Assembly: GCA_964016885.1 (NCBI GenBank) | Contig: OZ024741.1 | Coordinates: forward strand, 375,658,001 to 375,722,000 | From: Eledone cirrhosa | Lineage: Eukaryota | Length of the DNA: 64,000 nt | Direction: 5' to 3' | Shown here: piece by piece, positions 52,801 through 64,000 of the stretch | Numbering within the stretch: position 1 is the first letter of the stretch | How the letters are laid out: each line of letters starts with the position of its first letter | Made by a program: the position numbers and the translations under genes | The notes under the pieces: model-generated | Databases searched by the model: none | Told to the model about the DNA's origin: nothing | What the model saw: only the letters and a program-made list of their open reading frames with translations

Positions 52801-55800
52801 GATGGTAGTGAAGTTGTTGGTGTTGTTATTGTTGATGGTGATGGTGGTAGTGAAGTTGTTGTTGTTATTGTTGATGGTGATGGTGGTAGTGAAGTTGTTG
52901 TTGTTATTGTTGATGGTGATGGTGGTAGTGAAGTTGTTGTTGTTGTTGGTGGTGGTGATGGTAGTGAAGTTGTTGGTGTTGTTATTGTTGATGGTGATGG
53001 TGGTAGTGAAGTTGTTGTTGTTGTTGTTGTTGGTGGTGATAGTGAAGTTGTTGTTGTTGTTGTTGATGGTGATGGTGATAGTGAAGTTGTTGTTGTTGTT
53101 GTTATTGTTGATGGTGATGGTGATAGTGAAGTTGTTGTTGTTATTGTTGATGGTGATGGTGGTAGTGAAGTTGTTGTTGTTGTTGGTGGTGGTGATGGTA
53201 GTGAAGTTGTTGGTGTTGTTATTGTTGATGGTGATGGTGGTAGTGAAGTTGTTGTTGTTGTTGTTGTTGGTGGTGATAGTGAAGTTGTTGTTGTTGTTAT
53301 TGTTGATGGTGATGGTGGTAGTGAAGTTGTTGTTGTTGTTGTTGGTGATGGTGGTAGTGAAGTTGTTGGTGTTGTTATTGTTGATGGTGATGGTGGTAGT
53401 GAAGTTGTTGTTGTTGTTGTTGGTGATGGTGGTAGTGAAGTTGTTGTTGTTGTTGTTGTTGATGGTGATGGTGGTAGTGAAGTTGTTGGTGTTGTTATTG
53501 TTGATGGTGATGGTGGTAGTGAAGTTGTTGTTGTTGTTGTTGGTGGTGGTGGTAGTGAAGTTGTTGTTGTTGTTGGTGGTGGTGATGGTGGTAGTGAAGT
53601 TGTTGGTGTTGTTATTGTTGATGGTGATGGTGGTAGTGAAGTTGTTGTTGTTGTTGGTGGTGGTGATGGTGGTAGTGAAGTTGTTGGTGTTGTTATTGTT
53701 GATGGTGATGGTGGTAGTGAAGTTGTTGTTGTTGTTGGTGGTGGTGATGGTGGTAGTGAAGTTGTTGTTGTTGTTATTGTTGATGGTGATGGTGGTAGTG
53801 AAGTTGTTGTTGTTGTTATTGTTGGTGGTGGTAGTGAAGTTGTTGTTGTTGTTGGTGGTGGTGATGGTGGTAGTGAAGTTGTTGGTGTTGTTATTGTTGA
53901 TGGTGATGGTGGTAGTGAAGTTGTTGTTGTTGTTGTTGGTGATGGTGGTAGTGAAGTTGTTGGTGTTGTTATTGTTGATGGTGATGGTGGTAGTGAAGTT
54001 GTTGTTGTTGTTGTTGGTGATGGTGATAGTGAAGTTGTTGTTGTTGTTGTTGTTGGTGGTGGTAGTGAAGTTGTTGTTGTTGTTGGTGGTGGTGATGGTG
54101 GTAGTGAAGTTGTTGGTGTTGTTATTGTTGATGGTGATGGTGGTAGTGAAGTTGTTGTTGTTGTTGGTGGTGGTGATGGTGGTAGTGAAGTTGTTGTTGT
54201 TGTTATTGTTGATGGTGATGGTGGTAGTGAAGTTGTTGTTGTTGTTGGTGGTGGTGATGGTAGTGAAGTTGTTGGTGTTGTTATTGTTGATGGTGATGGT
54301 GGTAGTGAAGTTGTTGTTGTTGTTGGTGGTGGTGATGGTGGTAGTGAAGTTGTTGTTGTTGTTATTGTTGATGGTGATGGTGGTAGTGAAGTTGTTGTTG
54401 TTGTTGGTGGTGGTGATGGTGGTAGTGAAGTTGTTGGTGTTGTTATTGTTGATGGTGATGGTGGTAGTGAAGTTGTTGTTGTTGTTGGTGGTGGTGATGG
54501 TGGTAGTGAAGTTGTTGTTGTTGTTATTGTTGATGGTGATGGTGGTAGTGAAGTTGTTGTTGTTGGTGGTGGTGATGGTGGTAGTGAAGTTGTTGGTGTT
54601 GTTATTGTTGATGGTGATGGTGATAGTGAAGTTGTTGTTGTTGTTGTTGTTGATGGTGATGGTGATAGTGAAGTTGTTGTTGTTGTTGTTGTTGATGGTG
54701 ATGGTGATAGTGAAGTTGTTGTTGTTGTTGTTGGTGATGGTGATGGTGATAGTGAAGTTGTTGTTGTTGTTGTTGGTGATGGTGGTAGTGAAGTTGTTGG
54801 TGTTGTTATTGTTGATGGTGATGGTGGTAGTGAAGTTGTTGGTGTTGTTGTTGGTGGTGGTAGTGAAGTTGTTGTTGTTGTTGGTGGTGGTGATGGTGGT
54901 AGTGAAGTTGTTGTTGTTGTTATTGTTGATGGTGATGGTGATAGTGAAGTTGTTGTTGTTGTTGTTGGTGGTGGTAGTGAAGTTGTTGTTGTTGTTGGTG
55001 GTGGTGATGGTGGTAGTGAAGTTGTTGTTGTTGTTATTGTTGATGGTGATGGTGATAGTGAAGTTGTTGTTGTTGTTGTTGTTGGTGGTGGTAGTGAAGT
55101 TGTTGTTGTTGTTGTTGTTGGTGGTGGTAGTGAAGTTGTTGTTGTTGTTGGTGGTGGTGATGGTGGTAGTGAAGTTGTTGGTGTTGTTATTGTTGATGGT
55201 GATGGTGATAGTGAAGTTGTTGTTGTTGTTGTTGTTGATGGTGATGGTGATAGTGAAGTTGTTGTTGTTGTTGTTGGTGATGGTGGTAGTGAAGTTGTTG
55301 GTGTTGTTATTGTTGATGGTGATGGTGGTAGTGAAGTTGTTGTTGTTGTTGTTGTTGGTGATGGTAGTGAAGTTGTTGTTGTTGTTAGAGGTGGTGATGG
55401 TGGTAGTGAAGTTGTTGTTGTTGTTGTTGTTGGTGGTGGTAGTGAAGTTGTTGTTGTTGTTGTTGTTGGTGATGGTGATGGTGGTAGTGAAGTTGTTGGT
55501 GTTGTTATTGTTGATGGTGATGGTGGTAGTGAAGTTGTTGTTGTTGTTGTTGGTGGTGGTAGTGAAGTTGTTGTTGTTGTTGGTGGTGGTGATGGTGGTA
55601 GTGAAGTTGTTGTTGTTGTTATTGTTGATGGTGATGGTGATAGTGAAGTTGTTGTTGTTGTTGTTGGTGGTGGTAGTGAAGTTGTTGTTGTTGTTGGTGG
55701 TGGTGATGGTGGTAGTGAAGTTGTTGTTGTTGTTATTGTTGATGGTGATGGTGGTAGTGAAGTTGTTGTTGTTGTTATTGTTGATGGTGATGGTGATAGT

Positions 55801-58800
55801 GAAGTTGTTGTTGTTGTTGTTGTTGGTGGTGGTAGTGAAGTTGTTGTTGTTGTTGTTGGTGGTGGTAGTGAAGTTGTTGTTGTTGTTGGTGGTGGTGATG
55901 GTGGTAGTGAAGTTGTTGGTGTTGTTATTGTTGATGGTGATGGTGATAGTGAAGTTGTTGTTGTTGTTGTTGTTGGTGGTGGTAGTGAAGTTGTTGGTGT
56001 TGTTATTGTTGATGGTGATGGTGGTAGTGAAGTTGTTGTTGTTGTTGTTGTTGGTGGTGGTAGTGAAGTTGTTGTTGTTGTTGTTGTTGGTGGTGGTAGT
56101 GAAGTTGTTGTTGTTGTTAGAGGTGGTGATGGTGGTAGTGAAGTTGTTGGTGTTGTTGTTGTTGGTGGTGGTAGTGAAGTTGTTGTTGTTGTTGGTGGTG
56201 GTGATGGTGGTAGTGAAGTTGTTGGTGTTGTTATTGTTGATGGTGATGGTGGTAGTGAAGTTGTTGTTGTTGTTGTTGGTGATGGTGGTAGTGAAGTTGT
56301 TGGTCTTGTTATTGTTGATGGTGATGGTGGTAGTGAAGTTGTTGTTGTTGTTGTTGTTGGTGGTGGTAGTGAAGTTGTTGTTGTTGTTGGTGGTGGTGAT
56401 GGTGGTAGTGAAGTTGTTGGTGTTGTTATTGTTGATGGTGATGGTGGTAGTGAAGTTGTTGTTGTTGTTGTTGGTGATGGTGGTAGTGAAGTTGTTGGTC
56501 TTGTTATTGTTGATGGTGATGGTGGTAGTGAAGTTGTTGTTGTTGTTGTTGTTGGTGGTGGTAGTGAAGTTGTTGTTGTTGTTGGTGGTGGTGATGGTGG
56601 TAGTGAAGTTGTTGGTGTTGTTATTGTTGATGGTGATGGTGGTAGTGAAGTTGTTGTTGTTGTTGTTGGTGATGGTGGTAGTGAAGTTGTTGGTCTTGTT
56701 ATTGTTGATGGTGATGGTGGTAGTGAAGTTGTTGTTGTTGTTGTTGTTGGTGGTGATGGTGGTAGTGAAGTTGTTGTTGTTGTTGTTGTTGGTGGTGGTA
56801 GTGAAGTTGTTGTTGTTGTTGGTGGTGGTGATGGTGGTAGTGAAGTTGTTGGTGTTGTTATTGTTGATGGTGATGGTGGTAGTGAAGTTGTTGTTGTTGT
56901 TGTTGTTGGTGATGGTGGTAGTGAAGTTGTTGTTGTTGTTGTTGTTGGTGGTGCTAGTGAAGTTGTTGTTGTTGTTGTTGTTGGTGGTGGTAGTGAAGTT
57001 GTTGTTGTTGTTGGTGATGGTGATGGTGATAGTGAAGTTGTTGTTGTTGTTGTTGGTGATGGTGGTAGTGAAGTTGTTGGTGTTGTTATTGTTGATGGTG
57101 ATGGTGGTAGTGAAGTTGTTGTTGTTGTTGTTGTTGGTGGTGGTAGTGAAGTTGTTGTTGTTGTTGTTGTTGGTGATGGTGGTAGTGAAGTTGTTGGTGT
57201 TGTTATTGTTGATGGTGATGGTGGTAGTGAAGTTGTTGTTGTTGTTGTTGTTGATGGTGATGGTGATAGTGAAGTTGTTGTTGTTGTTGGTGATGGTGAT
57301 GGTGGTAGTGAAGTTGTTGGTGTTGTTGTTGTTGGTGATGGTGGTAGTGAAGTTGTTGTTGTTGTTATTGTTGATGGTGATGGTGGTAGTGAAGTTGTTG
57401 TTGTTGTTATTGTTGATGGTGATGGTGGTAGTGAAGTTGTTGTTGTTGTTGTTGTTGGTGGTGGTAGTGAAGTTGTTGTTGTTGTTGTTGTTGGTGGTGG
57501 TAGTGAAGTTGTTGTTGTTGTTGTTGGTGGTGGTGATGGTGATAGTGAAGTTGTTGGTGTTGTTGTTGTTGGTGATGGTGGTAGTGAAGTTGTTGTTGTT
57601 GTTATTGTTGATGGTGATGGTGATAGTGAAGTTGTTGTTGTTGTTGTTGGTGATGGTGATGGTGGTAGTGAAGTTGTTGGTGTTGTTGTTGTTGGTGATG
57701 GTGGTAGTGAAGTTGTTGTTGTTGTTATTGTTGATGGTGATGGTGATAGTGAAGTTGTTGTTGTTGTTGTTGGTGATGGTGATGGTGGTAGTGAAGTTGT
57801 TGTTGTTGTTGGTGGTGGTGATGGTGGTAGTGAAGTTGTTGTTGTTGTTATTGTTGATGGTGATGGTGGTAGTGAAGTTGTTGTTGTTGTTATTGTTGAT
57901 GGTGATGGTGGTAGTGAAGTTGTTGGTGTTGTTATTGTTGATGGTGATGGTGATAGTGAAGTTGTTGTTGTTGTTGTTATTGTTGATGGTGATGGTGATA
58001 GTGAAGTTGTTGTTGTTATTGTTGATGGTGATGGTGATAGTGAAGTTGTTGTTGTTGTTATTGTTGATGGTGATGGTGGTAGTGAAGTTGTTGGTGTTGT
58101 TATTGTTGATGGTGGTAGTGAAGTTGTTGTTGTTGTTGTTGTTGGTGGTGGTAGTGAAGTTGTTGTTGTTGTTGTTGGTGGTGGTGATGGTGATAGTGAA
58201 GTTGTTGTTGTTGTTATTGTTGATGGTGATGGTGATAGTGAAGTTGTTGTTGTTGTTATTGTTGATGGTGATGGTGATAGTGAAGTTGTTGTTGTTATTG
58301 TTGATGGTGATGGTGATAGTGAAGTTGTTGTTGTTGTTGTTATTGTTGATGGTGATGGTGATAATGAAGTTGTTATTGTTGTTGTTGTTGTTGGTGATGG
58401 TGATAGTGAAGTTGTTGTTGTTGTTATTGTTGATGCTGATGGTGATAGTGAAGTTGTTGTTGTTGTTATTGTTGATGGTGATGGTGATAGTGAAGTTGTT
58501 GTTGTTGTTGTTGTTGATGGTGATGGTGATAGAGAAGTTGTTGTTGTTGTTATTGTTGATGCTGATGGTGATAGAGAAGTTGTTGTTGTTGTTATTATTG
58601 ATGGTGATGGTGATAGTGAAGTTGTTGTTGTTGTTCTTATTGTTGATGGTGATGGTGATAGTGAAGTTGTTGGTGTTGTTATTCTTGATTGTGATGGTGA
58701 TAGTGAAGTTGTTGGTGTTGTTATTGTTGATGGTGATGGTGATAGTGAAGTTGTTGTTGTTGTTCTTATTGTTGATGGTGATGGTGATAGTGAAGTTGTT

Positions 58801-61195
58801 GGTGTTGTTATTCTTGATTGTGATGGTGATAGAGAAGTTGTTGTTGTTGTTATTGTTAATGGTGATGGTGAAGTTGTTGGTGTTGTTATTGTTGATGGTG
58901 ATGGTGAAGTTATTGTTGTTGTTGATGGTGATGGTGATGGTGATAGTGAAGTTGTTGTTGGTGTTATTGTTGATGGTGATGGTGAAGTTATTGTTGTTGT
59001 TGATGGTGATGGTGATGGTGATAGTGAAGTTGTTGTTGGTGTTATTGTTGATGGTGATGGTGATAGTGAAGTTGTTGTTGTTGTTATTGTTGATGGTGAT
59101 GGTGATAGTGAAGTTGTTGGTGTTGTTATTGTTGATGGTGATGGTGATAGTGAAGTTGTTGTTGTTGTTATTGTTGATGGTGTTGGTGATAGTGAAGTTG
59201 TTGGTGTTGTTCTTATTGTTGATGGTGATGGTGATAGTGAAGTTGTTGGTGTTGTTATTGTTGATGGTGATGGTGATAGTGAAGTTGTTGTTGTTGTTAT
59301 TGTTGATGGTGATGGTGATAGTGAAGTTGTTGTTGTTGTTCTTATTGTTGATGGTGATGGTGATAGTGAAGTTGTTGGTGTTGTTATTGTTGATGGTGAT
59401 GGTGATAGTGAAGTTGTTGTTGTTGTTCTTATTGTTGATGGTGATGGTGATAGTGAAGTTGTTGGTGTTGTTATTGTTGATGGTGATGGTGATAGTGAAG
59501 TTGTTGTTGTTGTTATTGTTGATGGTGATGGTGATAGTGAAGTTGTTGTTGTTGTTCTTATTGTTGATGGTGATGGTGATAGTGAAGTTGTTGGTGTTGT
59601 TATTGTTGATGGTGATGGTGATAGTGAAGTTGTTGTTGTTGTTATTGTTGATGGTGATGGTGATAGTGAAGTTGTTGTTGTTGTTCTTATTGTTGATGGT
59701 GATGGTGATAGTGAAGTTGTTGGTGTTGTTATTGTTGATGGTGATGGTGATAGTGAAGTTGTCGTTGTTGTTCTTATTGTTGATGGTGATGGTGATAGTG
59801 AAGTTGTTGGTGTTGTTATTGTTGATGGTGATGGTGATAGTGAAGTTGTTGTTGTTGTTGTTATTGTTGATGGTGATAGTGAAATTGTTGTTGTTGTTAT
59901 TGTTGTTGGTGATGGTGATAGTGAAGTTGTTGTTGTTATTGTTGATGGTGATGGTGATAGTGAAGTTGTTGGTGTTGTTATTGTTGATGGTGATGGTGAT
60001 AGTGAAGTTGTTGTTGTTTTTATTGTTGATGGTGATGGTGATAGTGAAGTTGTTGGTGTTGTTATTGTTGATGGTGATGGTGATAGTGAAGTTGTTGGTG
60101 TTGTTATTCTTGTTGGTGATGGTGATAGTGAAGTTGTTGGTGTTGTTATTGTTGATGGTGATGGTGATAGTGAAGTTGTTGTTGTTGTTCTTATTGTTGA
60201 TGGTGATGGTGATAGTGAAGTTGTTGTTGTTGTTGTTATTGTTGATGGTGATTGTGAAGTTGTTGTTGTTATTGTTGTTGGTGATGGTGTTAGTGAAGTT
60301 GTTGTTGTTGTTATTGTTGATGGTGATGGTGATAGTGAAGTTGTTGGTGTTGTTATTGTTGATGGTGATGGTGATAGTGAAGTTGTTGTTGTTGTTGTTA
60401 TTGTTGATGGTGATGGTGATAGTGAAGTTGTTGTTGTTGTTGTTGATGGTGATGGTGATAGTGAATTTGTTGGTGTTGTTGGTGTTGTTGATGGTGATAG
60501 TTAAGTTGTTGTTGTTGTTTGTTATTGTTGATGGTGATGGTGATAGTGAAGTTCTTGGTGTTGTTTTTGTTGATGGTGATGGTGATAATGAAGTTGTTGT
60601 TGTTGTTGTTGTTGTTAATGGTGATGGTGATAGTGAAGCTGTTGGTGTTGTTGGTGTTGTTGTTGATGGTGATAGTGAAGTTCTTGTTGTTGTTGTTATT
60701 GTTGATGGTGATGGTGATAGTGAAGTTGTTGTTGTTGTTGTTATTGTTGATGGTGATGGTGATAGTGAAGTTGATGTTGTTGTTGTTATTGTTGATGGTG
60801 ATGGTGAGAGTGAAGTTGTTGTTGTTGTTGTTGTTGATGGTGATGGTGATAGTGAATTTGTTGTTGTTGTTATTGTTGATGGTGATGGTGATAATGAAGT
60901 TGTTGTTGGTGTTGTTATTGTTGATGGTGATGGTGGTAGTGAAGTTGTTGTTGTTGTTGATGGTGATGGTGATAGTGAAGTTGTTGTTGTTGTTGTTGTT
61001 GATGGTGATGGTGATAGTCAAGTTGTTGGTGTTGTTGTTGTTGTTGGTGATGGTGATAGTGAAGTTGTTGTTGTTGTCATTGTTGATGGTGGTGCTGATA
61101 GTGAAGTTGTTGGTGTTGTTGTTGTTGTTGGTGATGGTGATAGTCAAGTTGTTGTTGTTGTTGTTGTTGGTGGTGATGGTGATAGTGAAGTTGTT
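46663..61195 (+). repeat. First unit of ~14.5-kb tandem duplication
   Basis: 46663-~49160 reappears at 61196-~63690 (offset 14533 at the junction) with only scattered substitutions. Confidence 0.92.
49070..61195. repeat. ~12-kb triplet-phased compound minisatellite [GAT/GGT]n-AGTGAA-[GTT]n
   Basis: Several hundred 27-51-nt units anchored by AGTGAA, nearly C-free on +. Unit length varies in multiples of 3. Confidence 0.97.
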
Positions 61196-64000
61196 GAGAC
61201 ACTGCATCCTTTAAAACCTCCATGCTTCCCGAGATTCGCCAACACTACACCTAATGTTCCCCCTCCATACACATACACACATGTATATCATGACTCATAC
61301 ACTATTCACTTCCCTGACATTTGTATATTATTCTATGTACTATACATGCACCTTTGACGAGTTGTAGTGCACCTGAGCTCTTTACACAATACTTTCATTA
61401 TTATTATTATTATAAGAACAAGTATAATTTAAAACAAGTAAATCTTACAGAGGCAGAAATTTATAACCAATGCAGATATTTTCCCTGTAAGGTATATTTT
61501 CTGGAAATGCAAACGACGAATTTTTTTTTGGCGGGGGCGTTGAAGTAAATATTTCATTAGACAATATTTTTCTTTTCTGTTTATTTTGAAGTAGATTATT
61601 CATTAAATCAGTAAGTATTCCCTCTGCCCGCTCATTTCTCCTGTTCAATATATCCATCAATTATTTAATTTTTTGTCTGTAAAATCATAAACATTTGAAA
61701 TAAAATCAATTCAATCTCATTGGTTGCCTTGTTTTTATTCTTTTTACTGTTGACTGACAGAATTGTTAGAAAACTGGACAAAATGCTTTGTGCTATTTGT
61801 TCAGGGTCTTTTATGTTCCCAGTTCAACCCTTTCACCTTCTCAGTGTCTATAAAATAAAGTGCCTACCAAGCTAAAACGTGTCTGCCTCAAACAGAAACT
61901 TACCAGACCAGTTCTTATCCTGGATTCATTGGCATTCAGTGAGTGAGAGTGAAAGATGTCACCCTAGATGAGATGCCAGTCCATCACAGAGTTAATGCGC
62001 AGCTACTGAGGGTATGTATGCAAAATGTAAATGGAAACAACACAGGACGACGAAGAAATATATTAAATTAATGCTTGATATAGTAGGAAAAGAGTCTTTA
62101 TGTTTCGGACACTAGTCTTTCATCATCAGTGGATAGAATGAGAAATAAAAGATGAAGTAGAAAGATAGGGAGTGAAAAGAAGAAGTACCGGAAAAATCTT
62201 TTTGAGAAAAGGCATGTGTGTATTCAGTCAGCCATTTTGATATTGCTAGTCTATATATACATTTCTGTGATTCTGTCACAACACAAAGAGAGAGAAGTAG
62301 TTTGACTACCTCTTACTACTCCTCTCTCTTTACGTATGCTGCCTGCATGAATGTATGTGTGTGTAAAAGGAAGGAATGGGATGGTGAAAAACTACACTTT
62401 GTGTGAGTGTATGTGCGTGTTTGTGTAAATGTATGTGTGCATGTTTGTGTGAATGTATGTGTGTGTTTGTATGAATGTATGTGTGTTTGTGTAAATGTAT
62501 GTGTGTGTTTGTGTAAATGTATGTGTGTGTGTTTGTGTGAATGTATGTGTGTGTTCGTGTGAATGCATGTCTGTGAGTATGGACTGTGATGTGTGGTTAG
62601 AGCAAGAAGTGTTGAAAACTAAGTTTGTCAGTTTACAAATCTATAAGTTGAAATTATTTTATTGGGAAAAATGGGGAAATAACTAGTAGAAAGGGGCACA
62701 CATCGTAGGGTTGTTTACTAAAAAAAAAGCCACAATAAATAATGTAGTCTTAGATAACTCTAAAATGAAGGTATGGTCATGGCTGGAATGCTTTTGATCA
62801 TAGTTTTTTTCTAAATGAGAATTAACCTAGGGTTAAATAACTACAAGGTCAGTGAACTGGTAGAGTCGTTAGAGTGTCATAGAGAATGCAATGTGGTATT
62901 CGTTTAGGCTCTCTGCTTTCTAAGTTCAAATCCTCCCAAGGTGAACTTTACTTTTCATCAATTTGAGGATGAAAAAAGAATCAGTCTCATACTGGGGTCA
63001 ATTCTTCCCCTATAACTCTTTTTCATTTCCTCTCTCTCTCTTCTCTGTAAGTAATCTGCTGCATTTAGACCTGGAGAGGCATGGCCTCCACCAGGTTTAA
63101 ACATGCCCTAGAAACGCTGTATGTCAATATGGCACCTTCTGCCACTCCAACAGGAGTTACAGTACCATGCACGCATGCAAATAACTGCAAGGTTGAAAGT
63201 ATTTGGTTGTTATTTCTGTGTAGGTTTACTTTGTTACTTTGTTAACTCATGTGATTTGAGGGAATTTAGCTGCTATTACTTGTAAGTCAATTTACCATAG
63301 AGAAGATCCCATACTGATTCATCTGTGTCTAGAGTTTAGTGGCTGGGTGGATTAGAGTATTGATGTTACTAGAAATAGCAGCCAAACCTCTTTCAAATCA
63401 CACTATACTGTCTTAAATAAAGACATGATCTTGTTGAGGATGTTGTTGTTATTGTCGATGAAGAGGATGTTGTTGTTAAAGAGGATGTTGTTAAGTAATA
63501 TTCTACTGCTGTTTATATTGTTTGCTGCTCATGTTGTTGATATTGTTTTTGTAATTAATGTTATTGTTGGTGTTGTTTTTGTTGTTGTTGATGTTATTAG
63601 TGTTGGTGGTGATAGGAATAGTGAAATTGTTGTTGTTGTTGTTGTTGGTGATGGTGATGGTGATGGTGATAGTGAAGTTGTTGTTGTTGTTGTTGTTGTT
63701 GTTGATGGTGATAGTGATAGTGAAGTTGTTGTTATTGTTGATGGTGATGGTGATAGTGAAGTTGTTGTTGTTGTTGTTATTGTTGATGGTGATGGTGATA
63801 GTGAAGTTGTTGTTGTTGTTATTGTTGATGGTGATGGTGACAGTGAAGTTGTTGGTGTTGCTATTGTTGATGGTGATGGTGATAGCGAAGTTGTTGTTGT
63901 TGTTGATGGTGATGGTGATAGTGAAGTTGTTGGTGTTGTTATTGTTGATGGTGATGGTGATAGTGAAGTTGTTGTTGTTGTTATTATTGATGGTGATGGT
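61196..64000 (+). repeat. Second unit of the tandem duplication (truncated by window end), including restart of the array at ~63600
   Basis: Begins GAGACACTGCATCC, mid-LINE, and follows the first copy through the SINE and into the array. Confidence 0.92.

Noticed and set aside
49070-61195. CRISPR-like constant AGTGAA anchor with variable spacers
   Set aside because: The spacers are only GTT/GGT/GAT runs, the anchor is 6 nt, the context is eukaryotic and there are no cas genes.
49502-61357. 3951-aa Leu/Val/Met ORF
   Set aside because: It arises from the triplet-phased array, has an implausible all-hydrophobic composition, switches register at an indel and ends in LINE sequence.

Overview
Eukaryotic, AT-rich, microsatellite-dense genomic DNA. 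The SINE, LINE and microsatellite repertoire suggests an octopod cephalopod, but this is inferred and not database-verified. The only recognisable host gene is the 3' part of a JNK-interacting protein 1 (JIP1/MAPK8IP1/Aplip1-like) on the + strand: six phase-consistent GT-AG exons (13917-22557) encoding the end of the SH3 domain, the whole PTB/PID domain and the C-terminal ...PTEDIYLE kinesin-light-chain motif. Its upstream exons were not found in the window. The rest is repeat DNA: RTE- and CR1/L2-type LINE fragments, CORE-like and Meta-like tRNA SINEs, Tc1/mariner, hAT and piggyBac MITEs, two copies of one Helitron family and several minisatellites. There is also a ~14.5 kb tandem duplication that carries a ~12 kb triplet-phased GTT/GGT/GAT array. 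The most interesting hidden signal is a set of about ten short elements, most sitting in or beside (TA)n tracts, that contain intact or decayed type I hammerhead ribozyme motifs, resembling Penelope-like pLTRs or retrozymes. Five of them are fold-back palindromes whose inversion point lies at or next to the ribozyme. Almost all ORFs in the supplied track, including the 3951-aa one, are repeat artefacts.
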